DNA of 64,000 bases, taken from the NCBI GenBank assembly GCA_030704615.1, contig CM060732.1:70432001-70496000 (forward strand), in the 5' to 3' direction. Positions 47,801-61,111 of the stretch are shown here, piece by piece. Below the pieces are notes generated by a model that was not told where the DNA came from, did no database searches, and was given only the letters and a program-made list of their open reading frames with translations. The translations under genes and the position numbers were made by a program. Origin of the DNA: Takakia lepidozioides (Eukaryota > Plantae > Bryophyta). Position 1 is the first letter of the stretch. Every line of letters begins with the position of its first letter.

Positions 47801-49583
47801 ATGATGCATTGGGGGAGATACCTCGTGGAGAGATTTGTGTCCGTGGTAAAACGTTGTTTGATGGCTATTACAAACGTGAAGATCTCACAAAAGAGGTTTT
47901 TGTTGATGGCTGGTTTCATACTGGTAAGGCTTTTTTCTTGCAGGAATTGTCATGGGTGGATTGCATGACTGCGAAGAATTTGTTACCTACAATGACTAGT
48001 CTGAGCTGGCGAATTCTAGCACTTCTACGAGCATATTGTTTGGTTTTGTTGACACCATTAATAATAAACATCTAGATTAAAATGGTTATACATGAAAGAT
48101 GGTATGTCATGCCGCTCTCAAGTTATTATTCTCTTGTTACTATTGGCACCCCCTCGGGCCACAAAGGGCTGCATGGTAATGAAAGAACATCGCATGTGAA
48201 AGGTGACATTGGGGAGTGGCAACAAGATGGGGCCTTGAAGATTATTGATCGAAAGAAGAACATCTTCAAGCTCTCTCAAGGGGAATACGTTGCAGTGGAA
48301 AGCCTTGAAAACATCTATGGACAGTGCTCTGTTGTGGATGCGGTATGCCATACTTCCACTAAAACATTTGAGATTAGAAAAAGTCTGCCTGGATATGCTC
48401 TTCCCTCAAGTGGTCATTTCGCCCTTCTACACTTGACAAACATGAAACAGCTCCGTCCTTCCCACTTGATCACTATTCATCAATATTTGTATCATGGTTG
48501 TGTTTGTTGATCCCAATCCGTTTCAGAGTTGCAAGGGCTGTTCATTCACAGTAGAGTTGTGTGTGCAGATCTGGGTGTATGGTAACAGTTTGGAGTCATC
48601 ACTTCTGGCAGTTGCTGTTCCAAACAAAACTGCACTAGAGGAATGGGCCAAATCCGAAGAGGTGGCAGGGGACTTTAGGGCTCTATGCCAAAGCCCTAAG
48701 GCTCGGTCCTTCATCCTCGCAGAGCTGAATGCTACTGGTAAAAAGAATCGGGTGAGTGCCGGCTTTAAAAAAAAAAGTGCAGTTTAAACTTCAGATCAGT
48801 TTCCAGATAATATTAGAAGAGAAGTGTATTCGAAAGTTGAATAGTAACACTGGTGTACGTGTTTTAGTAGAGACTTTACACGAGTATTCTGTAATAGACA
48901 TATTCTATTTTTTTCGTATCTGTGGCAGACAGGCCGTTGTAGATTTGAAGTTGTAGATTCATTCCTGGTGCTCATTGTCGTCTGATCATGCTGCTACCCA
49001 TTGACGTCAGCTTGCAGACGTTCTATAGATGTCAATTTAATGTCCAGGCCTTTTAGCAAGTTGTCTGTTACTTGTGTTGGTGCGAAAACCAGTGAATTCA
49101 CATTGAACATAACAGGTGAAAGGCTTTGAGCACATCAAGGGTGTTCATCTAGAAGCACAACCATTTGATATGGAGCGTGATTTAGTAACTCCCACCTACA
49201 AGGTCAAGCGACCGCAGCTTTTGAAGTACTACAAGGTAAGTCCTATTGAGAGTGCTTGTAAGCTTTATGCCTTGACAGAAAACACCAGGGGACATAATAT
49301 AACCATAATCCAGGTGATGCAAGCCCCAACAGAAACGGTGGATCTGTCAGTTGGCTCTTGGGGTTGAAAATAGACATTTCTTTGCTCATGACCACTAGTA
49401 ACTGAGATTAGAAATAGAGTTAGCCACCAGTGTGTGGTGGGTTCCTTTATATGTATACTTGCCGATATTGGGACATACATTTGAAGACGCTGTTTGATGG
49501 TCAACTGAATACTGAAGTCACATGCTTCTTCTTTGGCTGTGCAGAAGGAGATCGATGATATGTATGCAAGCTTAAAGCAGTGA
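38895..49583 (+). CDS. LACS: Long-chain acyl-CoA synthetase (LACS1-5/LACS4-like), ~19 exons
   Basis: [17 protein letters not shown]; AMP-binding motif [14 protein letters not shown]; [11 protein letters not shown]; SGAAPL; QGYGLTETCA; DGWFHTGDIGEW; [20 protein letters not shown]; ends [12 protein letters not shown] at 49583. Confidence 0.95.
40233..41300 (-). mobile_element. Possible LTR remnant with polypurine tract in LACS intron 1
   Basis: The minus strand reads ...GGTCTAAAGGGGGGGGG-TC-TGTG at ~41280-41257 (PPT then TG). The other boundary is a guess. Confidence 0.35.
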
Positions 49584-51241
49584 TTGTCTCCACTTGAAAG
49601 GGGTTCAGATTGCCCACCAACAGCGGTTCTGCTTTTTCATCAGATACAACAAAGCACTCCCTGAAGGGACAGTTTTCTTGCTGTCACTTTATAGAGGCTT
49701 TCATCACTTAAATAGACTACATTTTTCCCCTATTAGATTTGCTGAAGAGGGTTGGTCATTTGTATGACAACATTCCTGACAGCCCTTGTAGGTTGTCACA
49801 TAGGACTGGAGTCTTCCTCTGTACAGGAAAGTATTTCAGATGGCACTCTGGATGGATTGGCGAAAACACTTTGCTGAGGGACATGAGATAATTGAATACC
49901 TCACGTTATTGGGTTGTCATGGCATATATATTCTGGAGTTGAAGGACACTCTTTGTCGGGCATGAATTGGATTACGACCTTGCTTTAGCCACAGACGGAT
50001 CCCTGTGTGCAAGAAAAGCAGAGCATAGGACAAAGAAGAAGAGCACAGGAGCTGCTTTGTTAGCACTCGGCCTTTTCTTACAACTTCCCTTGCGAAGGTT
50101 GTTCTCATTCTATAGTTGAATGAGAGTCCATATGTGCGTTTGAGGATTCAAGAAATCATGTTATCTTCTCAGCATGGTACGTTTGGCATGCACTCCCACA
50201 ATGGAGAGCTTGATCCAATAGCAATGTCCTTGATTGACTGCATAAGAGACTGGAAGGTCTTGTGTAGCAGTTTCTGTGGTGGCTCTTTCTACATTCGAGG
50301 AAGAGGGCTCTTGCTCGAAATTGAGTGCCATTCTGATGATACCTGGGGATGAAATAGGATGTTGTACCCTTCAGCCTCATGATATTTCATGATGAAATCG
50401 AAACCCCCAAGCCCAATACGTAGCAGAGACCTAGTGTTGGGCGGGTATATGGATTAGGTTATACCTGCCAGGCTTTGGGATATTCTTTACATCTTGATGT
50501 CCTTCTGCCCTGGTATAGAAGATTATTAGAAATCTACATGCCCCAAGGATAGATTTTATTCATTTTAGGTGGGGTGTCCTACAGGTATTGAAAGTGAAAT
50601 ATCAAAGATATGCAGCAATTGAAGATTTGCATAAGTGTCCTGCATGTCCGGGAGTAATGTGATCCACCTCTACCAAATCCCAAATCCCCGACAATAGGCT
50701 TCGGCATTGGTTAAAGAGGCCTCCCTGCACCTCCTCCCAAGAGCCTAAGCACCCGTTGATTCAGATATTTCCCGCAGGCACTCAGTACATCATATCACCA
50801 TCGAACAGTTACCCAAAACATAAAAAATAAAAATTAAAAAATTGTTGGCTGAACTGAGGCCAAAGTGATCTGCGACGCATGGGTTGTGCACCTCTATCTA
50901 ACTGCAATGTTTGCACCATCTTCGATCTCGACTCTCCGATGGTGGTATATAATATTATTGTCCACCCTGCCGCCTGCCTTTGTTTGACGTACACCACGGG
51001 TATCCATCCGGCCTATACTCCAGCCATTAGCCCTCTTGGAGTGCCTGCATTTTCCCATGGTATCACCAAGTAGAACTTGGATATTCCACAACAACATAAA
51101 ACATATCGATTCAGCATTTTTGTCATGTGACTAGGGCGGTGAGGATACAGAACTGGAATTCCACCAAATTCCGTGGGTAAAATGTGGAATCTGGAAACTA
51201 GGCGATTGCACTACTCCCCCATTTTTACAAAGGAACCAACA

Positions 51242-51330
51242 GTTAGTAGCTCAGTTGGATAGTGCACTGGGTGCCACCCACATCATTCTGGGGTCAAATC
51301 CTGCTACCTTGATGGCTGGTATGTTCCAGT
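51242..51330 (+). mobile_element. tRNA-derived SINE-like repeat (copy 1)
   Basis: A-box TAGCTCAGTTGG and B-box-like GGTCAAATCC. Shares its downstream sequence (CCTTGATGG..GGTATGTTC) with the copy at 58004-58165. Confidence 0.6.
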
Positions 51331-51889
51331 CTTGTAAGTACTGGTATGGCTATGGTAGGCATACCAGACTGTCTTGGTAGGTCCAACGTGGCTGTTGGGT
51401 CCAACTGGTAGGGCCCAGTGTAGATTAGGTCAAGCCAGGGTAGGTTATAGGATGGGTATGGGTATTTTCAATTTTGAGATATAGGCATGGGTATGGCAAA
51501 ACCTCAAATGACATACTGGGGTAGTATGTACAATGGTATGGTATACCCCAACAGTCATCATACTGTATTCAAAGCTGAAAATAAAACCTGATTGAGGGCA
51601 ACACACAAAAGGTAAAAGAAAATTGCAATCACACATGCCCATGCAAACTAATTTGTATTGCTCATAAATTAGTGAAAGTTTTTTTTTGTTTTTTAATTTT
51701 TAAGGACCTTGAAATTCATGAGGAAAAAGTAACCTCACATGACATGCCATGGAGGCTGATGAAAGGGACGCCGCCCCGTAACCAGATACTACAGGGAACA
51801 AACTACGATCAAAGTCCAGGGACGAACCAAGATCAAATCTAGAGACAAATCCAGGGAATTCTCTAGAGTAATGCAAGCATGAGAGAGCT

Positions 51890-53100
51890 CAGGGAACTCT
51901 GCGCTTCCGAGAAGAAGGCTCGAAGGAGAGTGGGGCCTTGGACTTCCCTTTTCTGAAGCTTCTGCGGTGACGGTAATTTGTGTCAGAGTCTTCTTCCTCG
52001 ACAGGAGATAGTCGGGTGCTCATGGAGCTACCAACCCTGCGGGAGGGTGTCATTCCACCTGACGTTGGAATCCGAGATTCTCCTGCACAGTCGACCACCT
52101 TTTGCCCAGGTGGTATCAAAGCCAAAGAGAAGTTGTTCTCTTCTAGCCTAAGAGCATCTTGAAAGAGCTGCACACACAACACCCCAAGCTTTTCTTGCCT
52201 CATTCATCATGTCTGAGTGAACCCAAAACAGAACAACTTTGGCACAGCTTTTTTTACCTTCATAGTACCAGGTGCATCTATGTCTCCATACATTCCAAAG
52301 GGTGTGTGCCCTCAGAACCGCCCATACTGGGCAGGTGCTTACGAGCCCTGTATCACTTGCATTTAGCAGTAGAGCAGCCGGCTGGGCGTAGGGTTCCAGA
52401 AAAAATAAAAGGAAAACACTTTTCTCCAGACATGGACAGGGACATCGCAAGACAACAAACAGTGCTCGACAGTTTCAAGAGATAGAGATAAGCAAGCAGT
52501 ACACGCATTGTTAGTGTCTGAAATGAAAGCCGAGACAGGCAAGATCCGGTTGGCGATCTTCCAAAGGAACCCCGCAATTTTCGCTGCTCTAACCTTCCTC
52601 CAGACAGCAGTCTATATGGACTTCCATGGCAGCACATGGCTGGTTATAGGTAGCCAATTTGCATCCCACTTTGAATTCATCATCATTGGAGGCTTCATGA
52701 ATGCATCAGGTATGTTACCAGAGATAGTGCTCAGAGCAACCACTCTTCTACTTGAAAGGGCTGGCTGGAATTTAGCAGGAGAGCAGAAGGAGCCATTTAC
52801 CCAAAAGTGAGAAAAATGGGAGAAGCCCGCTTTGTATATTTAAGGCTGGATTATAACAAATGGGAGAAAAACTGCCAGATGCCATGACAAAAACTGAAGA
52901 AATCCTGCATATTATACCTTGTATGCCATACCTTGTACGCTGACCATTGTACGCCATACCTTCTAACCCCTCCCATCTCCAAACACTCTCCCCTCAGTAC
53001 TGTTGCCAATTGCAGTATTGCTCCGCCAGCTCCCCTCCCTTGGGCATTGTCCAATGCAAAAGCCTTGACGGCGAGGTTATTGTGAAAGAGGTTATTTTAT
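51890..53100 (-). mobile_element. L1-type LINE ORF2 3' fragment (zf-RVT), degraded
   Basis: Minus-strand frames give WKIANRILPV, ETVEHCLLSC and VWAVLRAHTLWNVWRHRC. Confidence 0.7.
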
Positions 53101-53612
53101 TTTCCAGTGTAGTAGCTCCCAGGTGTTTCCCTTTTAATTTTCAGCCATTTCCTAGGCATTTGTAAAAAGCCTCCCTATGAGATTCTTGAAGGCCTCTACA
53201 CTTCTACAAATGTGTCAGAACTCTTGAAGAAATTTGATGAATGTGAGGAGCATGAGGATTGAAACAATGAATGAATGAATGATTGTTGCACTGTAGCAGT
53301 GAGTTGATATGATAGTATTTAGTAAACAAGTGTGAGTGCTATCCATTTCCTTTCTTGCCCATCTACTTGGACTCCGTGGCAGGGGATGATTGGGTGAATG
53401 CTATCTTATCTGATTGCGCTTTGGATAAGGGTGGCAGGAGGGTTTTAGAGTGTGGGCAACACATGGGCAGTGATGCATTCAAGGCCAGTAAAACCCTGAG
53501 AGTGTGCAACAAGCAAGACTGTCTTCTCCTGCAAGTCCCTGGTTTTTGTTTCTCTGCTTTCTGTGGAAGATCGAGCTTGTGTGTGTAGAGGAGGTTCAGA
53601 GGTGACTGCTCA

Positions 53613-56209
53613 ATGGCAACTTGTGCTCACCCAACCCACCTTGCGGTTTCTGCCTCGAATGTTGTGACTCATGAGGTTAGTTTTCGTGTCTTTGTGTGAG
53701 AGGGGGTAGGAGGAGAAGGGGGAGCTGCGTTCTTTGGAGATTCGTTGACTGGGTCGGTGGAAAGAGGGTATTTTGGGATCGGGACTCTGTAATTCATAGA
53801 TTGCATGAAAGAAATGTTGTTGCCGGGTGTGGCCTGAAGCTGGCTTACTCAGAAATGTTGCCATTGTGTGGCTGCGTGAACAACACCAAACCACTACTCC
53901 TCTCTGGCGAGTTCTGCATGGCTTGTCATGCATTACGTCCTTTGAAAGCTGTCTTCTCCCTTCTATGCAGAAATCATGACAGAATAGAGCGAATACTGAT
54001 CCCTACGATGGTGATAATAGCATGCTGATTTGGCTGACGATGAATTGAGTGTCTTTCCTTTCGCAGAAGTCGGCCGGGTTTGCCACAAATGTGACGGCAT
54101 CCACTTTTTTGGGAACCAGGGTCTCCCACCAGAAGAGAGAGACGTTGCTGTCTTCCAGAAAGATCACATCCGTAAGTTACTGGACACCTCATAGCTAGTA
54201 CTCTCTGCAAAGAATCACACCACTTTTTTCTTGTGAGAAAATGCTGTTAGCTTCCGCCACCTACAGCGGTGTGATTTCCCGTATGCGTGGGAAGAGTTTC
54301 TAGCTTTACTTTAATGGAGAGCTTGGTGGTTTCTAATCCCTTGGTCCATGAACTTATGTGTCTGGCACATCAACCAGGTTACATATAGTTCAATTCATGC
54401 GAGTTCTAAGTGTGAACTGCAGAACAATTAACTGTGGGGTGCTCAATGCCATGTATAAAATAAAATCCTGCCCCTTGTCTCTCTTTAAGGAACACTAACA
54501 TGTGACGTCTGAACGCAGGACTCCCAGAGGCATGGCTACTCTCTCACTCCCAAAGCTCAAAGTGTTGCGGCCCCTGTTGAGACCAAGAGACCAGAGAGTG
54601 CCAAAAAGACTGAAACGAAGTCCACGGTGATTATCACTGGTGCTTCATCGGGTCTGGGCCTCGCCACAGCAAAGGCTCTCGCCGATTCTGGAGAATGGCA
54701 TGTCATCATGGCGTGTCGCGACTTTTTGAAAGCAGAAAGAGCGGCCAAGTCAGTGGGCATGCCCAAGGGCAGCTACACTGTGATGCACTTGGACTTGGCT
54801 TCCTTTGAGAGCGTTAAGCAATTTGTGGACAACTTCAGGAGGTCTGGCATGCCCTTGGATGTCCTTGTTTGTAATGCTGCTGTCTATTTCCCAACTGCCA
54901 AGGAGCCGCACTGGACAGCTGAAGGGTTTGAGCTGAGCGTTGGTACCAACCACCTTGGCCACTTCCTTCTTGCTCGTCTTCTCTTGGAGGATCTTCAGCA
55001 TGAGAAGAATACCGTGAGTCGAAGGATGATCATTGTGGGATCCATCACAGGTATGACCCTTGTGTTTCCTGCTCTGGTTTGGAGCTTTGATGTGGCAACA
55101 AATTTGTCATTGTTGGCATAGCACTGGGTCCAATGAAATCTGACTTTCAAAACGATGGTGAAGTTCCATACTCCTGCTTGCAATTGTGTTCTGACTCTGT
55201 CCTGGGCACTGACTACAGGAAACACCAACACCCTGGCTGGCAACATTCCTCCCAAGGCCAACTTAGGTGACCTTAGAGGGCTCTCAGGGGGTCTTAATGG
55301 GGTGCAGTCCTCTACCATGATAGATGGTGGAGATTTTGATGGAGCCAAGGCATACAAGGACAGCAAGGTGTGTAACATGCTGACAATGCAAGAGCTGCAC
55401 CGGCGCTACCACGAGGAGACCGGCATCACGTTTGCCTCACTGTACCCTGGCTGCATTGCCACCACGGGTCTGTTCAGGGAGCACATCCCTCTTTTCCGGA
55501 CCCTCTTTCCACCATTTCAAAAGTACATCACCAAAGGGTATGTCTCAGAGGAGGAGTCAGGCAAGAGACTTGCTCAGGTACATTTCTTCTCTACACCGTG
55601 TTTAAGTATTACCTGGACTCTACAAGTGCTCTAGCTAGTCGATTGAGACATGGACCACCGTGCAGTGTCATTTTTTTGTTGGGATGGTATCAGAGACTTG
55701 CTCAGGTACATTTCTTCCGTACACCATGTTTAAGTATTACCTGGACTCTCCAAGTGCTCTAGCTAGTCGATTGAGGCATGGACCACCGTGCAGTGTCATT
55801 TTTTTGTTGGGATGGTATCAGCAGAGTAACAAATCTGAGTGCCCCTGCACTTGGGAACTTCTGGTAGGTACTCCCAAGGTCCTCAATGGCTTCTGTTCCA
55901 TGATATCTCATGCCAGAAGCCTTGCTAAGATCACTTGCATTGGCCTTCTAGACCCCTGCTCTCCCAATTTGAGTCCATGAGACACTTGAGAGGACGTTTG
56001 GTAGATTGGAGAGGTATGAAAAGCATGGGTTCATGTCTTGTCATCTTATGCAGGTAGTGAGTGACAGAAAGATGACCAAGTCAGGGGTATATTGGAGCTG
56101 GAACAATGACTCCAATTCGTTTGAGAATCAGCTGTCTGAGGAAGCTAGTGATGCTGATAAGGCAAGGCGGCTATGGGACATCAGTGAGAAGTTGGTGGGG
56201 TTGGCCTAA
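53613..56209 (+). CDS. POR: Light-dependent NADPH:protochlorophyllide oxidoreductase, chloroplastic; exons ~53613-53675, 54067-54171, 54519-55050, 55219-55577, 56053-56209
   Basis: Transit-peptide-like N-terminus; TGASSGLG; MACRDF; [10 protein letters not shown]; YKDSK; [19 protein letters not shown]; SGVYWSWN...SEKLVGLA*. Confidence 0.96.
55564..55820 (+). repeat. 128-bp tandem duplication spanning the POR exon 4/intron 4 junction
   Basis: AGAGACTTGCTCAG|GTACATTTCTTC...GGGATGGTATC at 55564 and 55692, near-identical. Confidence 0.93.
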
Positions 56210-57894
56210 TTCAAAGGGCAGTATTCATCCCAGAATTTTGCAGTGTAACCAGATGGATTGGTCAACTGCTACATCCATTTGCGATGCTCCAGTAGACCAG
56301 AAAGTGTGAGAAATCTACATAAGTGAACACTTTGTGGTGACCTCTGAGTTTCCGGTAGAGTCGCAAGCAGGCAAGCAGGCGAGGAGGCGAGGAGGGTGAA
56401 AGAAATACACAGTAAAAGTAAGTGCTCCACCTTATGATACGTTGTGTGACAAGTGGTATAGCAGTGGTTCTCAGGGACTGGTGTACACAAAGCTTTTTGC
56501 AGAATTAATTAGATTGGTTGGAGGGTTGGTACTTGATACTTAGCTAACTCATGGCAGTTGGTTAACCATTTGGGAGTATTTGGAGAGTATATCAGTGGGA
56601 AAGAGCATGTTATGCCTCGCCCCTTTCCTCTCTGGTTCGTTAGTATTGCCTTTAGTGAGGGTTATATGTCTGGTATGATATAACAAGGTAGTTGAGGTCA
56701 GCATATTTAGATGTCTAACACATATTTTGGTTAGTGGTTGGATTCTCAAGTAAGAAATTTGGTTTCTATTCGTGGGGGAAAAGTGTGTTTTCATCAGACC
56801 TCAGCCCCCTCTGCCAAAAGCCCCTATTGAGTTTTCTCAATGAGAGTTTGTGCGGTGGACATGGTACTGTACCTGAAAAGGTGAGATAACAGTTGAAAGC
56901 TTTGTGATCAAAATATCATTAATACACTGGTGCATTGTACATTCAACTACGAGGTAGTGAATGTTTTCTTCATGTCTCTTTTGGTCTCCACCAAGGATGT
57001 GACTGCACTGTTAGTAGCTTCAGTACGTATTGCACCCGTAGTTCGTTTTGCATGCATGTTGTTCTATCTCACGAAAATCTGTTCCATTCTAGAGCCAACT
57101 GTCCATAGATGTTAATGTGGCCTGAAGGTTCTGTTCTTAATGCAAATTATGCCAAATCTTTAGTGCAGGGTTCCGACCATCCTACCGAATGCCCCTCATG
57201 ACCTCTTTCACTAGTTCCAGACATGTTTCACACCGGGAAAACTAGTGGGAGACTGCTGGTGGCGCCTTGATCTCCAAAGTACACAGCCACAAAACTGCCT
57301 TAATTGGCTACCGACTGAGTGAGAGTTCAAGAATATATTATAATTTTTTTACCTTGCAACCTACTCTTCTGCAAGGTAAAAAGGAGGTTCATCAAGAACA
57401 TAGTCCCTGCACCTCTGTTAACGAACTTTCAAATCTTGAGGCCGAGCCTAAAGCCCTGGCCCTGTTGGGGTCCAATTGCTGGGCAGCTCACTCATTGATG
57501 CTCATGACATGGGATTTATAGAGGAAATCTGGAAAGCCCAACCAATTGGTTATTCCAAGCTTAGTCCCACTACTGGATTGAGCCCTCAGAAAGGTACCCT
57601 TCTATCATTTGTCCACCGCAGATACATGTGGCCAGCAGAATGTTTCTTTGTATTACCAGACACCAATCAAATTCGCTGAAAGGCTGGTCTCTGTACATTA
57701 CAATTTCAAACAAATTTGTGATTTGTTTCCTACCCTGCAGAGGTTGCAGAATTTTTTTCAAACCAATCCTGTCTGCAAAATGCCATGAAATGAAAGTTAG
57801 ATGAAGGTATGACTCATCATGTTTTTATTATGAGATTGGCCTTGTACATTAAGTTCTTTCTTAAGTTTTCCCAGAAAAATCTGGTTTAACGACC

Positions 57895-57950
57895 AGTCAG
57901 TAGCTCAGTTGGATATGAGTGCCAGCCAGATGATTTGGCTTGCTACCTTC
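57895..57950 (+). mobile_element. tRNA-derived SINE-like repeat (copy 2, truncated)
   Basis: CAGTAGCTCAGTTGGATA..GAGTGCCA...TGCTACCTT. Confidence 0.5.
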
Positions 57951-58003
57951 TCATTTGTTCTGGGGCGTTCTGATATAGGGATAAAAATATTGAGTGCTTA
58001 CTA

Positions 58004-58165
58004 TTTTTTTTTTTCTTGATAAATTGCAGAGGAAACACCTGGGAGCGACAGCTCACAAATCAGGCCCCAAAATTAAACGGCACGGTGTCCACCCAAGGGA
58101 AGGGGAAGAAGAACATACCACCGCCATCAAGGTGGCACTCAGCGCATTATCCAACTGAGCTACTG
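58004..58165 (-). mobile_element. tRNA-derived SINE-like repeat (copy 3) with poly(A) tail
   Basis: Minus strand CAGTAGCTCAGTTGGATAATGCGCTGAGTGCCACC...TCAAG followed by an A-run (T-run at 58004-58014 on +). Confidence 0.6.
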
Positions 58166-59223
58166 TAACTGCTGTTGAGACTTGAGACGTCAGCTTCTTT
58201 TAAAATACATAGTTTAATATTTAAATAACCAAAGTGCAGGGTGAACTTCAAGAAGCACCATCCATCGCAGGGGAGGGAACACCAACACAGTATTTTAACA
58301 CTTGTGATAGAAACGGTGATGGGTCCTCTGTAGGGTCCTCCAATTTTAGATGGGCGGAGTCGCTGGGTGCTCCACTGGGCGATGTCACCGGGTTGATAAG
58401 ATGGGAGATAATGACTCTGATATTTAGTGGGAAGCGGTGGAGACCCTGCCACATCAATTATTCGTCTCAAATGTCCATTCACAAGTCGTCTTGTCCAATT
58501 CGGAATGCGATTTCATAAAATAAACTAGCGGCAACTGAGCAGGTTGGGGAATCCATTTTTTTTTGCAGGCAGTTTGGATAGAGACCTCTAACTTCCTACA
58601 ATTTGCGATTAGCTCAATCATGACGCACAATAAAAACCTCATCCACTCCAAATAAAAATGAGCTCTTCAAAACTTGACAAGTGCTGTCCAAAGCCCATTG
58701 AGTGACTGATGATCTAATCTTTGAAACTACATGCCACTAGTTTGTGTGTGAAATCTATGGACATGAATTACATGCGTCTTTCCAGCAAAATTTGTTGAGG
58801 ATTTGAGGCGCAAAGCAACATAATAATTATCCCGTGCTGACTCTTCAAGCTACACTTAGACCCTCCTTTCCTGCGCATGAATTAGCCCAATCTACAAGCC
58901 ACTAATCTACAACAGCAGGACTAATTTTTAAACTTCAAAATCTCAGTGTTGCTCAGGAGGTATGAGGAAGAGTATTTTCAAATTCAGAACAGATCTATGA
59001 AAGCCCAGTGAAATCCTCTTGTAAAATTCGCAGAGATTTTTCGAATATTCGAATGAGCCACTTGCTTAAATTGAGCGGAAGCTCTTTGGATCTTTGTTTC
59101 TCTCTCCCCGGGGCGCTTGTCATCTGCCGCACTTGGGAGATCGGGATTTGTAGGTGCAGCATTTGTACTCATAATTCGGTAGTCTCTCGCTTGCTCTAAG
59201 ACTCTTTCTCCCATTTAATCGCT

Positions 59224-59700
59224 ATGGCGGATCAGCGTAGCAACATGAATGCGGACTCTGACAACGATCAGGTGTGCCCAATTTTCTTCTGGCTAAGATA
59301 GTGGCTAGATTGCCAATGAAGAAAGTGATGCAATTCCTTTCGGTATTGAAAATTTGGAGTAAGATCCTAGCAACTTTTGAATTCCTTGATTACTATAGTC
59401 TTGTGGCAAGCAGGGATGCGCAGGAGGCCACTGGGTTCAGGAGGGTGGAGAAGATATGGTTTCATTTATGAGTAAAGCCATTCTGGGGGACTGGAAGGGG
59501 AGAGTTATGACTCTCCCACCTGTATCAGACATGCAGGAAGCGCAAGTACCTCCGAGACTGTGTATACAGGGACGGACTCTAGCACCTCGGAGATTTATCG
59601 GAGGTATTGTTGGAGATGGAGGCTGAAGACTTGGAGTGGGTAATAGTGGAAGTTCTTAGATCATCCTCTGAGACAGATCAGGGTATTGATTATCCTTGTG
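59224..59700 (+). pseudogene. F-box protein pseudogene fragment
   Basis: PNFLLAKIVARLPMKKVMQFLSVLKIWSKIL..FEF resembles an F-box. It is out of frame with the upstream ATG and has a stop at 59469. Confidence 0.5.
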
Positions 59701-60639
59701 CCAAACGGCCACGCCGGCCTCATGTAGGAATCGGTATCATGACAACTTAGATGTTGAAGATGTCCAACGGAGACTTCACTGCTGGATGAGAAGTCCTGTT
59801 GTAGAAGAAGCTAACCGACCAGTATACCTGCTGATTTAAGATGTGTACTCTTCTATGTAATCACAGATGAGGCCGGATGACTTCTGCTAGAGGTCTTCCT
59901 CTTCCAGCTTACTTACCTATTATGCCCTCTGGGCCTCCTGGGGATGTCCTAAATTTCTCGACATTTACTTGGAAGCTAAGTTATGACACAATCGTGTTCA
60001 TGGCTAGGGGTGGGACTGTAGTGAGTTGTAGTCAGAGGGAAAGCCTCAAACTTGAAGCCAGAGAGCTAATTATGAGGTTCAAAATGTCGCCTTTCTGTGG
60101 ACTTAGATCAAAATAAGATGTTTGATATGTGTCCTCCGATTGGAAGTGAATTATAATACAACTATGATTGTCGTGAAGGAATTACACAACGGCTAGGTTT
60201 AGAACTCTGCAAATCCGGTGTAAATGTATGTGGCCAAGTATCAATATGTACTCTTTCCAGTGTTGTATAGTAAGATTTCTGACTGTTAGACAAGGTGGAA
60301 TGCTTCTGGATGATCAAGTGATAGTTTGTGCAATGCAATGGGGGTTTGATGGACTGTTTGGTGCAGGTACCCTGGACACGATTTGGGCCTCGTGGGCATC
60401 TGAGGACAATATAGCACCTGAGGCGCATGGGTTTGATCAGTTCCATCCTTTGTATCCATGGACCTAGCTTTCCCTAAAGGAAGGGATGATCGTGTCAAGA
60501 GAATGATGGGAGGATCTTGAGAAAGAAAGCAAGACTGATGTTTTAAAATTCTAGAATTTGCAGCCTAAAAACAGAACCGGTCGCAAGAGAAAGGCTGACT
60601 AGTTTGCTAAGCCACCCCACGAAACCAGGAGCAGCTACG

Positions 60640-60805
60640 GAATATGCTAACCAACAGAATATGCTAACCATAATTAGCTAGCCACGACCTGTTTAATATT
60701 CGAAGGTGCTACAAACTAGGATGAGGCGAGGATGACCATCACTGATCCCCGCGAGACCTCCTTTCAACGACAGTTGCGCTCTCTATCTATAGAATATGCT
60801 AACCA
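60640..60805 (+). promoter_or_regulatory. Three identical GAATATGCTAACCA motifs (P1BS GNATATNC overlapping a MYB-type TAACCA)
   Basis: Copies at 60640, 60657 and 60792, upstream of TATTTAA (~60984) and ATG 61112. Confidence 0.55.
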
Positions 60806-61111
60806 GGCCTCGAGCAAAGATATTGTGAGGTAGGGATCTCCAACCGTCTATCCACTTTGAGTGCTAATCGGACGATCCACGATTGATCTACCTTACCTTA
60901 TCTATCGGTCTACCTTACCGAGAGTGCTTCGCTGCTACTTCTACCACCGAGCCCAGCTGCTGATCTCCTGCAGACTTAGAGCCTATTTAAGAGCGGTACT
61001 GCTAGAGTGTGTACATGTATTGTCTACAGGTCTCCTGCAGATTGTTTTGAGTGTCTCAGGAGTGTCTCTTGTCTTTAAGTGTTTAAGGACGCTTGTTGCT
61101 CTTCTGAAGCC

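Noticed and set aside
51242-51310. Functional tRNA gene
   Set aside because: A and B boxes are present, but there is no convincing acceptor or anticodon stem. Related degenerate copies with a poly(A) tail indicate a SINE.
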